The notes below the pieces were generated by a model. That model was given only the letters and a program-made list of their open reading frames with translations. It was not told the DNA's origin and made no database searches. Source: Giardia intestinalis (taxonomy: Eukaryota). Taken from it: a DNA stretch of 64,000 nucleotides. Numbering within the stretch: position 1 is the first letter of the stretch; every line of letters begins with the position of its first letter. Position numbers and translations under genes: made by a program. Below are positions 10,069 to 19,511 of this stretch, in pieces. The stretch lies in the NCBI GenBank assembly GCA_000002435.2, contig CM018793.1; one strand, written 5' to 3'.

Positions 10069-10971
10069 ATGTTGTCTATGGATGACTTAGATCAATTCCT
10101 TCAGGAGTGCGACTGCGCCTTACTCCTCATGTCTGAGAAGGACGCAAGTGAAGAGGGCGCAGGAAACCCAACTGAGTCTTCACAAACAGATGATGAAGGC
10201 AGCGTGGACGAGGACGGCGTCACCACACTTATGGAGGCAGCTAAGAGGAACGACGTGAAGGCGGTGAAGCGCTACATCCCTTATCAGGCAAGGATGGTGG
10301 CGAGGTTTGTTACGGCGGGGAGAGTAGAGATATACGATGGGACGGCCCTGATGGTCGCTGCGGTGCTTGGACACACCAGAGTGGTGAAGCTGCTGATGAG
10401 GTGCGAGGGCGGCATGAGGAGCAGTAATGAATGGACAGCCCTCATGTGGGCGGCACTTTTTGGCCGCACCGAGGTCGTGAGACTGCTCCTGGATGTTGAG
10501 GGAGGCATGCAGAAAAACAGAGGTTTCACTGCCCTCGTGCTTGCAGCAGAATGTGATCATCTGGACTGTGTCAAGTTGCTACTGGAGAAGGAGAGGGACA
10601 TAAGTGGCGTACTTGCCATCCATATGGCTAATAGATGGAATCACTCCGAGGTAGCATCTTTTCTCCAAAGTAAGGGTATTGTAGATCCATACTTACAGAT
10701 GCAGCCCAGGAAGCTTGTGAGTGAACTCGCCTACTTGCTGATCATATCACAATGTTTACCCTGTTTCACTGAGATTAGTTTGCTAGCTGCTGTCCAAGTA
10801 AATCCCCCATGCGAGTCACCGCCCTGGGCAAGCGGGTACCTCCCGCCCCTGCATCGGTTGAGATCCAGAATCCGAAATCTGAGATCGGATGTAGCGATTC
10901 CGGTGGGAGAAGAAGAAGGAACTTTGCTCTGCCTCTCGGGAGTCCCTGCCGCTCCTCGCGGTGCCCCCTAG
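10069..10971 (+). CDS. Ankyrin-repeat protein (21.1-like), possibly the truncated or degenerate remainder of a Nek-ankyrin gene
   Basis: The 300-aa ORF is in the same reading frame as 8668..9852. Its N-terminal 200 aa hold about 4 clear ankyrin repeats (TTLMEAAKRNDVKAVKRY..., TALMVAAVLGHTRVVKLLM, TALMWAALFGRTEVVRLLL, TALVLAAECDHLDCVKLLL). The C-terminal 100 aa are low-complexity and probably not genuine. Confidence 0.45.
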   Translation: MLSMDDLDQFLQECDCALLLMSEKDASEEGAGNPTESSQTDDEGSVDEDGVTTLMEAAKRNDVKAVKRYIPYQARMVARFVTAGRVEIYDGTALMVAAVLGHTRVVKLLMRCEGGMRSSNEWTALMWAALFGRTEVVRLLLDVEGGMQKNRGFTALVLAAECDHLDCVKLLLEKERDISGVLAIHMANRWNHSEVASFLQSKGIVDPYLQMQPRKLVSELAYLLIISQCLPCFTEISLLAAVQVNPPCESPPWASGYLPPLHRLRSRIRNLRSDVAIPVGEEEGTLLCLSGVPAAPRGAP

Positions 10972-12790
10972 GACTCCCCCTTCCTTTGGCTAGCTTGGGT
11001 CAGCTCCGTCTGACATTTATTGAGCACCTGCTGTCTCGGGTCTTGCGTCAGTCGCGGCGATCTGGTCTCCACGTGGCCCGGGGCCCTGGTGTTCCGTGAC
11101 GAAGATCGCGCCCCACGACCCCGGGTGTCTACCCCGTTTCTTGGGGTGCCTCTTCGTCTTCTCATGAAGCGATCATCTGTCCCGAGCATGATCGGAGGGT
11201 GCGCTCCTTGTATGCCTCTATCTTGGGGTTGTGGTACGCATTCGTGGATGCCAGCGGAGTACTCCCATGCGTTGTGTCGGGGGAGAAGTATGGCCCTCTG
11301 CTCATGGATCACAGTGCACTCTTGTGGGTGGTCCGTCATCCAGTACGAGACCGCGTCGACGCTCACCCTGTGCAGTGTGTCTGGCTCAGTGACGTGTGGG
11401 CTGGTCCATCTGCACTGCACAGCACACCTGGGGGAATGATTCGGTCTGTCGAGGCATCAGTCCAGGGCCACCTCTCTGAGAGGCGTCGTCCGAAGCATCA
11501 GAAGCGATCAGGACCGGTTCACCGCTTGGTCGTCTCTCTACAACCGGCGCCTGTCCACTCAAGGATGTCAGGCACTGCCAGTTGCTGCAGCAGACACCCG
11601 GCAGGTGGCCCAGGTCACCACTCTTCGGTACGGTCAGGATCAATCCGCCTCTGTTAGCCAAGCACCCCAGGAGCCCCATCTCTTGTCGAGGGACTCACAC
11701 GGGTCACGTGTGGGTCCATCTCGACAAGCGGGGCGAGTGATTGGTGCCATCACTGGCTTGGGCCCTCCGTTGCCCTGGGAGCTCCTTGAGACCGGCCAGG
11801 AAGGAGGCCCCCTGCCCCTCAGTGCTCCTACACTTGTCAATGTTGACTGTCAAACCATATCGTTTCGCTAGGGCTGCCACCTCTGTGGCTATCCCCGTCG
11901 CGTCATTGTTGCTACTATGGAAGATGGGTGTGTCGTCGGCATGGGCAGTGAGTGGAGTATCTCCTTCAGCTCCTGGTGAGCAGGTTCTGTCCCCCGCAGC
12001 ACAGAAGCATGCTCAGGGCCCCGAGGGACCGAGTCCAGGGGTGCAGCGTGTTACAGCCGGAGGAAGGCCTCGACGCAACTCCTCGGACGAGGCACACTCG
12101 CCTGGCAGAGGCCGTCTACTGTTAGGGTGCTCGTTATGTCGAGCGAGGCCACCGTGGCCATCAGTCTGCATCTCCCTGCGCCATGCGAACACCACCATGT
12201 GCAGTCAGTAGAACGCAGTCTGCTCGATCTCGAGGAAGGCTAGTGTCTGGGTCTCCAGGGGACTCGGGACTACCTTGTGGAGCGCATCATGATCGTCCAC
12301 CGATTGCACTTGCCCTGCCTCGTCCTTGGGAAGAGGGAAGAACAAGAGTTCTTCTCCCGCCGGAGTCGCTTGACACTCACCTTCGAACTCTGGATCTGGA
12401 TCTCGGTTGGTGAACGAGCGAGGGACTTGCCCAGAGAGGCGATGACTCGCATGGGAAGATCACTCAGGTAACAGCACTGATAACAAAGTAAATTATCACG
12501 CCAGAGATGCAATTGATTCGCCTAGTTCAAAAGCTTCAGGGGCAGCGTGTGCGGTTCGAGTTGAAAGCTGGCGGAATGATTGAGGGAACTGTCGCCCTGG
12601 TTGATGCGACCTTTGTTGTGCACCTTTCTCAAGCGTCCTACACTCCGCGGGGCGCAACGACCGCTATCTGTCATCCATTCGTCGTGCTACGTGGAGCAGC
12701 TATCTGTAGCCTCTCTCTTCCGGGCACGTTTGACACGGACACGCACCTTTGCGCCTTACGGACAGAGTACAATCGGGGTCCAAAAAATAG

Positions 12791-13159
12791 ATGAGCCAGG
12801 CCCGTTACGTCGGAATATTCCGGTGCAACAAGTGCAGTACTCCACTCTTTCTCGAAGAACATGTGCAACAACATGAGTCTGTCGCTAAGGTTGCGTTCCG
12901 GCGGCAACAGGTGCCCGAGGCCCGGTGCTCGTCGTATTTCCTTCCGAAGCTCCGGTGGATGGGGGACCTCCTGGGGAATCAGGGCAACCTCGCATGCCCC
13001 CAGTGCGCCCAGCGGGTGGGAGGCTGGTGCTGGAGCGGACGGGCATGCACGTGCGGCGGGCTCGTCGTCCCATACATCGCCGTCCACCGCAACAAGGTCG
13101 ACCGCGTCATGACAGAGGTCTCCGCCGGGGACGCACCTACTGCCGCAGGAGCCCCATGA
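12791..13159 (+). CDS. Small Yippee/CULT-like zinc-binding protein (two CXXC pairs, second followed by VGGW)
   Basis: The 122-aa ORF has CNKC (aa 12-15) and CPQCAQRVGGWCW (aa 69-81). Spacing and the C-x2-C-x3-[LV]G-W motif resemble the Yippee family. It lies in a GC-rich region crowded with alternative ORFs, so coding status is uncertain. Confidence 0.4.
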   Translation: MSQARYVGIFRCNKCSTPLFLEEHVQQHESVAKVAFRRQQVPEARCSSYFLPKLRWMGDLLGNQGNLACPQCAQRVGGWCWSGRACTCGGLVVPYIAVHRNKVDRVMTEVSAGDAPTAAGAP

Positions 13160-13165
13160 CGTGAC
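13081..13165. repeat. Copy A of an approximately 85-bp dispersed duplicate (3' end of the Yippee-like ORF)
   Basis: cgtccaccgcaacaaggtcgaccgcgtcatgacagaggtctccgccggggacgcacctactgccgcaggagccccatgacgtg is about 88% identical to 27043..27127. Confidence 0.6.
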
Positions 13166-13388
13166 GTAACATAGCCTGCTGTGCATCCAACAGCAAACGG
13201 TCCAGCCTGCCTGTTGGAGTTTCTGGACCCGAGTCTTTTAGAAGCAATCCATTGAAAGTGAAAAGTGAACATGTGACTTTCAGTTGCCTCATCTATGCAA
13301 CAAGTAGATCATTAAAGCGCCAATGGGTGGTGGCTCACACAGCGTCCAACTTGATGCATCTGTGCAGGCAAGGCAACCCTTTAAAGAT

Positions 13389-14426
13389 CTATTTACTAGA
13401 CTCTTCTGCAAGATACTGCTTGTCTAACTGACCCATATAGAGTTCCATTGCTGTCGGGCGGCCCGGGACATGAAACCGCTTGCAAATCTCAATATCCTGT
13501 AGGTCTGTCGCCTCAAGTAATACTAGATCCCCGCTGCTAAAGCCTATTACATAATGACAGGCCTTGCAATCCTTGATAAACTTGAGCCTCCGAGAATCCT
13601 TTCCCAACTCCGGATCTCCGTCGCCTATTTCAAACTTTGCTATCACATTAAGCTGGTCTCCATCCCGCTGGAACACGCGTAATATTCCGTTCTCATCCCC
13701 CACAAGGATGACCGGAATGGTGTAGTCATCTCCCTTGGCCTTGTAGGGCCAGATACCAAAAGTGGCCGAAGAAACCTTATGACCAATCCCCGGAATAGTC
13801 CACACCGCCTTCGTAGGACTATCGCCAACAGTCAGGACCTGAATCCCGCTGGGGTGAACAATCAAAAGGTCCTGCTTGTTCCATTCGTGATGAAAACATG
13901 GATGGTCTGTGGTAATCCGTGCGGTTGAATTGCCAGTCGTTAAATCCCATATAACCAGGCCGTCCTTATCAAGGGAACTAGCACAGAAATTACTGGGATG
14001 GACTGCCACGGATGATATAGGGTGGCGGTGTCTACGAAGAGTCAGCATAGGTTCCCAATCACGGACACGCCAGAGGAAGAGCATTTTATCATCGCCGCCA
14101 GTGATGACATACTCCTCACTTCCGTCTGAGCTCTTAGACACAAGGCTAGCAGAACACCGTACAGACGATGTGTGCTTGTCGAGGACCGCCACATGCTTGT
14201 GTCGTCGTAGGTTATAGATCCTGATCATACAGTCGTTTGAGGTTGCAGTTAACAGCCCATTTGTCGTAAATGAAAGACTCCTGATAGCCTGACTAGAATC
14301 ATCAACAACAAACGTGCTCTGAAGAGAATATTCATCTTCGTCATCTTTCGACAACAGGAACCCGTAGAGCTTCCCATCATACGTTCCTACGACCAGTTCA
14401 CATGGGGTAAATGGCATGGAGTGCAA
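13389..14426 (-). CDS. WD40-repeat protein
   Basis: The 345-aa ORF shows repeated beta-strand/WD-like modules (YVITGGDDKMLFLWRV, ISSVAVHP..., DGLVIWDLTTG, GDENGILRVFQ). It sits 102 bp from a divergent gene. Confidence 0.7.
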   Translation of the reverse strand: MHSMPFTPCELVVGTYDGKLYGFLLSKDDEDEYSLQSTFVVDDSSQAIRSLSFTTNGLLTATSNDCMIRIYNLRRHKHVAVLDKHTSSVRCSASLVSKSSDGSEEYVITGGDDKMLFLWRVRDWEPMLTLRRHRHPISSVAVHPSNFCASSLDKDGLVIWDLTTGNSTARITTDHPCFHHEWNKQDLLIVHPSGIQVLTVGDSPTKAVWTIPGIGHKVSSATFGIWPYKAKGDDYTIPVILVGDENGILRVFQRDGDQLNVIAKFEIGDGDPELGKDSRRLKFIKDCKACHYVIGFSSGDLVLLEATDLQDIEICKRFHVPGRPTAMELYMGQLDKQYLAEESSK

Positions 14427-14528
14427 CTTTTTATTAACTTAAAATCTTACATTGAGACAGACATGATATCCAGCATTCTGACAATATAATGTCCGTGCCT
14501 GGGTTTTTACCTACCTCACTACTAGAGT
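14427..14528. promoter_or_regulatory. Short AT-rich bidirectional promoter region between divergent WD40 and LCAT-like genes
   Basis: 102 bp separate two divergent start codons, with AT-rich tracts (ttttattaacttaaaatc) immediately upstream of each ATG, as is typical for Giardia. Confidence 0.4.
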
Positions 14529-17156
14529 ATGGCTACTAACGTATACTTAGTCTCGCAGGCCGAAATTAAATTTCAGACCATGACTGAGTTTTTTCCAGCT
14601 GAAGAGCTAAATAACCTGGAAGGAATTACAGACCCAGACAACCTTTTCAATCCACCAATCATCCTGGTTCCCGGTGTGTGCGGATCATTGCTAGTAGCTG
14701 ATAATAATGAAGTAGCGTGGCTCAACGAAACACTTACTCCATATCCACAAGCATCGGCAAAGCTCATGCAGTACCTGTATGGATCTCGAGACTCAGTGAC
14801 CAACAAATTTGTCTCCTTTATAGAGCGCCAAGGCTTTTCTAGTGTCAAAGCCGTTCCCGGGCTTTCTGGTTGTTCGAGGCTCTTGAACCACAAGTTGACA
14901 AGACTACCTGGTATTGCCCAGAAGAAACTTGGTATCTACTATGAAACTTTTGCAGTCTATCTCGCTGAGAAATTCGGCTACAAAGAAGGCCTTAATCTCT
15001 TTGCGTTCACATACGACTGGCGCCAGGCTCTGCACATAGCATCAATACAGAGCGCTTTTGATGAACTTCTCAAAGCGGCATGTCAAACAACGGGGCAGCG
15101 ATGTATCGTTGTAGGACACTCTATGGGCGGCCTTCTGGTGACGACATATATGCGCCTACACCCGGACTGGAATGACTACATTGCAAAATTTGTAAGCCTC
15201 GGAGTTCCCTATGCTGGAAGTGGCGCTAGCGGCCTAATCGCCGCACCTTATGGCTATAACCTGCGAATGCCCTTTCGTCCCCGTGTGGCTCGCGGCATCC
15301 AAGGACCAGGAGGCTCCATGGCCTGTCTGAATCTCCCTGCGATAGACGCGTCCTTTAAGAGCTATATGTTCTTGCGAATAGTTGACACGCCTCAAGTACC
15401 ACTGATGGCCACAATCACTGCCCCTCAAGAGAAACAAGAGCAATCTAGAAGTATACCCCATAATATAAACCCTCACGAACCGCTTAAGCTGAATAGACAG
15501 TTGTATAGAAACAAAACCCCAGATATACCTGCATTGCTCCTCATGGAAATAGAGAACATGCCAAACTGCATTGGCGAAAATTTTGAGCAGGTAATCGCCT
15601 TATTAGCAAGGTACTGTGAGCCAGGATTTGTAATTCATCCGCCTCTCAAGTTTGTCAAGGAGAAGTATGTCCCATTTGAAGCTGCTCTTGATGCTCTGCC
15701 ATTTCCGTCTGAAACGGTCAATGAGCTGCCACCAGACACTAAAGTATCGTGGCGCTGGATGGTCTATTCACCAGGGATAGACATGTATCCCCGCAATGCT
15801 CCAATTCATGGGTTTCAGGACCTTACGACCATGCAAGAATATGAACAACAAGCCGATGAAATAGACTACGGGAGTATTCTAAAAGAGTCTGAAGTGCCAG
15901 GCCTGCGATCAATCATTGAAAGAGCCTCTTTACGCGATCAAAACATATCGCTGCGAAGTATAATCCTTCAACATTGCTTATCAGAGGTTGGCACGGGCAG
16001 AAAAATGCTCTCACATGCAGGAGACCTGGACGACCCGGACCATAATCCTTTAGATAACTTGGACACGCTGCTTTTGTCAGACGCTTCTGAAGAGACTCCA
16101 TCTATTGTATTAGGACACGTCACATCATACTCTTCTAATGCAGCTCTGCCATCTCATGCCAACCCCCTAGAAAGCGGATTGACAGCAGTTCCTATCTGCA
16201 ACCCACTAACAGGCATGACGCTAGAGGGACCGACTAAGCTTGTAGGGGATAATAACTTAACCATAAGAACCAGGGATAACACCCGTCTGCCACTTAATAC
16301 AGACTACATAGACATGCAGCCAGAGCCAGGGGCCAGCACAGAAGGCTTTATCAATTCAGTTGGCCATGCATTTACTCCCCCGCACTACTCGTATAGATCT
16401 CGCCTCCAAACAAGAGACAACTTTAAGAAGATGATAATAATTGTCAAGGACATGATCTCACAATACAAGAGCAACTTGAGACAGCATGCAGACAGCCAAA
16501 ATAGATCCATATCTATGATATCACAAGGAGCCCAGGGGTCAAGCACCACCAGCATGACATCAGATTCGACTGCCATCAGTGGTGCGTCGACTTCTAACAG
16601 ATTCCTCTATCGACCTCTTTCAACGCTCAACTTCAAGGAAATAGGTGGGCCAGAAATTCAGGAGCAATATTCGATACGATGTACCGCCCTCCTCAGCCAA
16701 GTAAGGGCTAAGCCGTATGCAGACCTTCTCGGTAGCTGTGTCAAACCATACTCCCTTGACGAACTCATCTATAAGCCATCTCTTGAGTACTGGAACCAAT
16801 CGAAAGAAATCTTATCCAGAGAAATCGTGTACCCTGAAGATACAGAGCTCTTCCGCTTCTACAGTCTTAATGGATCTAACCTTCAAACAGCTGTCCACGC
16901 ATACTACGACGAAATTTTGTCTTCTCTTTATGAACTGGCTTACAGAAAGCCCAAGTTCATTTTCACTATTGGAGATGGGACAGTCCCATTGATATCATCG
17001 CTGTCAGATCCTATTCCAGACAGATATGTAGATGATCGCGTGGCATTTCCTGAGATGGGCCACTTTGAGATGTTGCAATCTAAAGAAGTCTTTGAATTGT
17101 TAGTATCATTTATGGGCATCAGACCATGTACTGGTATCCACAAGTCCAAAAAGTAA
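14529..17156 (+). CDS. LCAT-like phospholipase/acyltransferase (lecithin:cholesterol acyltransferase family, alpha/beta hydrolase)
   Basis: The 875-aa ORF has the family hallmark FAFTYDWRQ (YDWR motif) and the nucleophile elbow VVGHSMGGLL (GHSMGG), followed by a long C-terminal extension. Confidence 0.8.
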   Translation: MATNVYLVSQAEIKFQTMTEFFPAEELNNLEGITDPDNLFNPPIILVPGVCGSLLVADNNEVAWLNETLTPYPQASAKLMQYLYGSRDSVTNKFVSFIERQGFSSVKAVPGLSGCSRLLNHKLTRLPGIAQKKLGIYYETFAVYLAEKFGYKEGLNLFAFTYDWRQALHIASIQSAFDELLKAACQTTGQRCIVVGHSMGGLLVTTYMRLHPDWNDYIAKFVSLGVPYAGSGASGLIAAPYGYNLRMPFRPRVARGIQGPGGSMACLNLPAIDASFKSYMFLRIVDTPQVPLMATITAPQEKQEQSRSIPHNINPHEPLKLNRQLYRNKTPDIPALLLMEIENMPNCIGENFEQVIALLARYCEPGFVIHPPLKFVKEKYVPFEAALDALPFPSETVNELPPDTKVSWRWMVYSPGIDMYPRNAPIHGFQDLTTMQEYEQQADEIDYGSILKESEVPGLRSIIERASLRDQNISLRSIILQHCLSEVGTGRKMLSHAGDLDDPDHNPLDNLDTLLLSDASEETPSIVLGHVTSYSSNAALPSHANPLESGLTAVPICNPLTGMTLEGPTKLVGDNNLTIRTRDNTRLPLNTDYIDMQPEPGASTEGFINSVGHAFTPPHYSYRSRLQTRDNFKKMIIIVKDMISQYKSNLRQHADSQNRSISMISQGAQGSSTTSMTSDSTAISGASTSNRFLYRPLSTLNFKEIGGPEIQEQYSIRCTALLSQVRAKPYADLLGSCVKPYSLDELIYKPSLEYWNQSKEILSREIVYPEDTELFRFYSLNGSNLQTAVHAYYDEILSSLYELAYRKPKFIFTIGDGTVPLISSLSDPIPDRYVDDRVAFPEMGHFEMLQSKEVFELLVSFMGIRPCTGIHKSKK

Positions 17157-17173
17157 GCTAGGCCTGGTCAGAT

Positions 17174-18382
17174 TTATTTGTAAATAGCGTAGGAGCTCTC
17201 TATATTTTTTCTGCAGATGGGACACTGTCGCCTTGTCAGTGATCTGTCGCACACCCTGCACGTGCAGAAGTGACCGCAGGGGATGAACACGATACTAGCA
17301 TCGTTCTCCAGGCAGATGCAGCAGACCTCACTGTTGCCTGATCGACTTAGTCTCTCCTTGAGCTGCTCAATCTCCACCTTTTGTGAAGCTGCAAGTTCAC
17401 GAGTTCGCTGCAGCTGTAGTTCGTGTAATGAAAGCTCTGTTTTCAGCTGGCTAACAACAATAGTTGGCGAGCTGGGGAGTGGAGTGGCGTGTAGTGGTAA
17501 GATATAGATAGGGATCTTTAGCTTTAGTTGCTGTCCCTTATGCACAACCAACAGGCGTAGCACATAGTCGAGTGTAAGATATCCCGTCAGTATAGGTTTA
17601 GAATCAGTGCGACGAACTATGGGACTTGAAGAGGGAACAGAGTAGTCTAGACGAGACAGTTGAGTCAAGTCGAATTCAATGCATCCAGAACGCCTAGCCC
17701 CTTTACGCATCGGCATGCTTAAAAGTGACCTCTCCATGAGTGCTTCGCTGAGCTGCTTTGTCCTTCCGCCATCGCAACGCACAACTGCTTTCGCATGCAA
17801 TGACAGACTTAGCTCAGAAACCTTTGAAGAGGATTGATTGTCAACTGACCAATTAGCCCTTACAATATCAGTTTTGTCGAATGCAGACTGGACAGGTTTT
17901 AGTGCCAGTTTCACGTCGTGTCTCTCGAGGATCGTATCATAGCTGGCTATCGGTACAAAAACCGGAAGAATGGTGATGGAAGTGCTCCACCGGAAAATGA
18001 GATCGTTTTGAGCCACGATGGTAAAGGATAGGGAGGCTTTGCAGAAGTTATCGCTATCAATAGCCAACGATGGTGGAGCATCCGAGGGGATCTTCAATGA
18101 AAAAGGGAGATGTATAAGCCCTTTGGATAGGATGATAGGTGAATGAGTAGGAGATCTAGGCCGGAGAATGTGCTGAGTCAGAAGATAGTGGACTTTTTCG
18201 CCAGACCCCACCGTAAACCCGAGCCACCGGACTTTCGCCTTTTCTACTTGCGTTAGTATAATAGAAGCCCGGTCAATCTGCAGATTTCCAGCCATTGTTA
18301 TTGCCACTTTCCCAAAAATAACGGCCCCTGGCAGATAAGAGGAACGGTCGGGTAGAATGTCTACGACAGGTCTAGGAAGCAT
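17174..18382 (-). CDS. Arrestin-N-like domain protein with C-terminal C3HC4 RING finger (putative E3 ubiquitin ligase)
   Basis: The 402-aa ORF starts with an arrestin-N-like signature (ILPDRSSYLPGAVIFGKVAIT). A coiled-coil linker follows, and the C-terminus is CCICLENDASIVFIPCGHFCTCRVCDRSLTRRQCPICRKNI (RING-HC). Confidence 0.75.
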   Translation of the reverse strand: MLPRPVVDILPDRSSYLPGAVIFGKVAITMAGNLQIDRASIILTQVEKAKVRWLGFTVGSGEKVHYLLTQHILRPRSPTHSPIILSKGLIHLPFSLKIPSDAPPSLAIDSDNFCKASLSFTIVAQNDLIFRWSTSITILPVFVPIASYDTILERHDVKLALKPVQSAFDKTDIVRANWSVDNQSSSKVSELSLSLHAKAVVRCDGGRTKQLSEALMERSLLSMPMRKGARRSGCIEFDLTQLSRLDYSVPSSSPIVRRTDSKPILTGYLTLDYVLRLLVVHKGQQLKLKIPIYILPLHATPLPSSPTIVVSQLKTELSLHELQLQRTRELAASQKVEIEQLKERLSRSGNSEVCCICLENDASIVFIPCGHFCTCRVCDRSLTRRQCPICRKNIESSYAIYK

Positions 18383-18466
18383 TAGAAGAGATTTGCAGGA
18401 ATTAGAAATTCATACTACTAAGGTACTAGTTGCTAACCCCTGGTGCTCTAGACTTATAAAATTACG
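18383..18466. promoter_or_regulatory. Bidirectional AT-rich promoter region (RING gene / ITPK gene)
   Basis: An 84-bp divergent intergenic region with an AT-rich sequence adjacent to both ATGs. Confidence 0.35.
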
Positions 18467-19489
18467 ATGGAACTAGTAGTAATTGCCACGAAAAAGAAGT
18501 TAAATAAGGAGCCAATGCGACTTATGCTAAATGAGATGGCCAAACAATCCCAAATACGAAGACTTACCGTCATAGAGCTTGACGGCTTGAAGTCAGCAAA
18601 GCAACTTGAAAGAGCCATCGAAGACATCGATTTGGCCTCATCTATCCTCATCCATAAACCTCACGAGTTGTTTTCTTCTGCTAACAAACAGCTTTTGCAG
18701 GCCTACACAGAGATGGAGAACCACTTTTATTATGTGCAGGACAAACTAGAGTCTATCAAGAGGATACACTCTCGTCTAGATATGCACACCATTCTTTCCA
18801 CACTGGAGTTAGAAGGAATGCATACACCCTGTGTTTACTTGTTAGAAAGCCAGCTGACAGACGAAGCTTTGTTGTGGGCTGACACGCATTCACCCTTTTT
18901 GTTGAAGCCTAATGATAGCAATAATCATAATTTGTACCTCGTAAAGAGTGCTTCGTCCCTGTCTAAGCTCTATCCTGAGTTGCAGGATGAGGCAGAACGA
19001 CGCAAGGCACAGGAGGTCGGCGAGGCCTCTACCGCCGATGTCGATCTGCTGCACTGCAACAGCATCTATCTGATGGAGCAGTACATACCCCACAGTGCGG
19101 TGTTCAAACTATACACATATCGAGGCACGATTATCCATACAGACTTTCGTGCTCCACTTCGTCTCCCAGAAGCCTTTCATCCAGAGGGATTGTGCGAAGC
19201 ATACGGAGCTTGCGACACTTCGGAGGCTAGCTACCGGAAGATAAATTCACAAACGTGTCTGGAGATCCAGACCAGCATCGCATATGCTCCGACCCCCGTG
19301 GAATGGCGCCTGGTCCAGAGCGTTGCCCAGCTGATTTACGCCTCGCTGGGATTGTCCATACTGGGGATCGATGCACTGCTTACTCCAACTGGATTTTATA
19401 TAATCGATATAAATTATTTTTCTGGTCCAAAAAAAGCAGATTGGTTGAACCTTAAAAAATTACTTATTTTGGACCTACCGAATTGCTAA
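18467..19489 (+). CDS. Inositol-tetrakisphosphate 1-kinase / inositol 1,3,4-trisphosphate 5/6-kinase (ITPK1, ATP-grasp)
   Basis: Three blocks align to ITPK1: SPFLLKPNDSNNHNLYLV (compare PFICKTRVAHGTNSHEMAIV), YLMEQYIPHSAVFKLYTYRGT (compare VVQNFINHNAVLYKVFVVGES) and ILGIDALLTPTGFYIIDINYFSGP (compare LFGIDIIINNQTGQHAVIDINAFPGY). Confidence 0.75.
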   Translation: MELVVIATKKKLNKEPMRLMLNEMAKQSQIRRLTVIELDGLKSAKQLERAIEDIDLASSILIHKPHELFSSANKQLLQAYTEMENHFYYVQDKLESIKRIHSRLDMHTILSTLELEGMHTPCVYLLESQLTDEALLWADTHSPFLLKPNDSNNHNLYLVKSASSLSKLYPELQDEAERRKAQEVGEASTADVDLLHCNSIYLMEQYIPHSAVFKLYTYRGTIIHTDFRAPLRLPEAFHPEGLCEAYGACDTSEASYRKINSQTCLEIQTSIAYAPTPVEWRLVQSVAQLIYASLGLSILGIDALLTPTGFYIIDINYFSGPKKADWLNLKKLLILDLPNC

Positions 19490-19511
19490 TTTTAATCTCG
19501 TAAATATAGTT

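Noticed and set aside
9702-10085. 127-aa ORF bridging the kinase and ankyrin ORFs in another frame
   Set aside because: It has no motifs and lies in a different frame from both flanking homologous ORFs, so it is most likely spurious.
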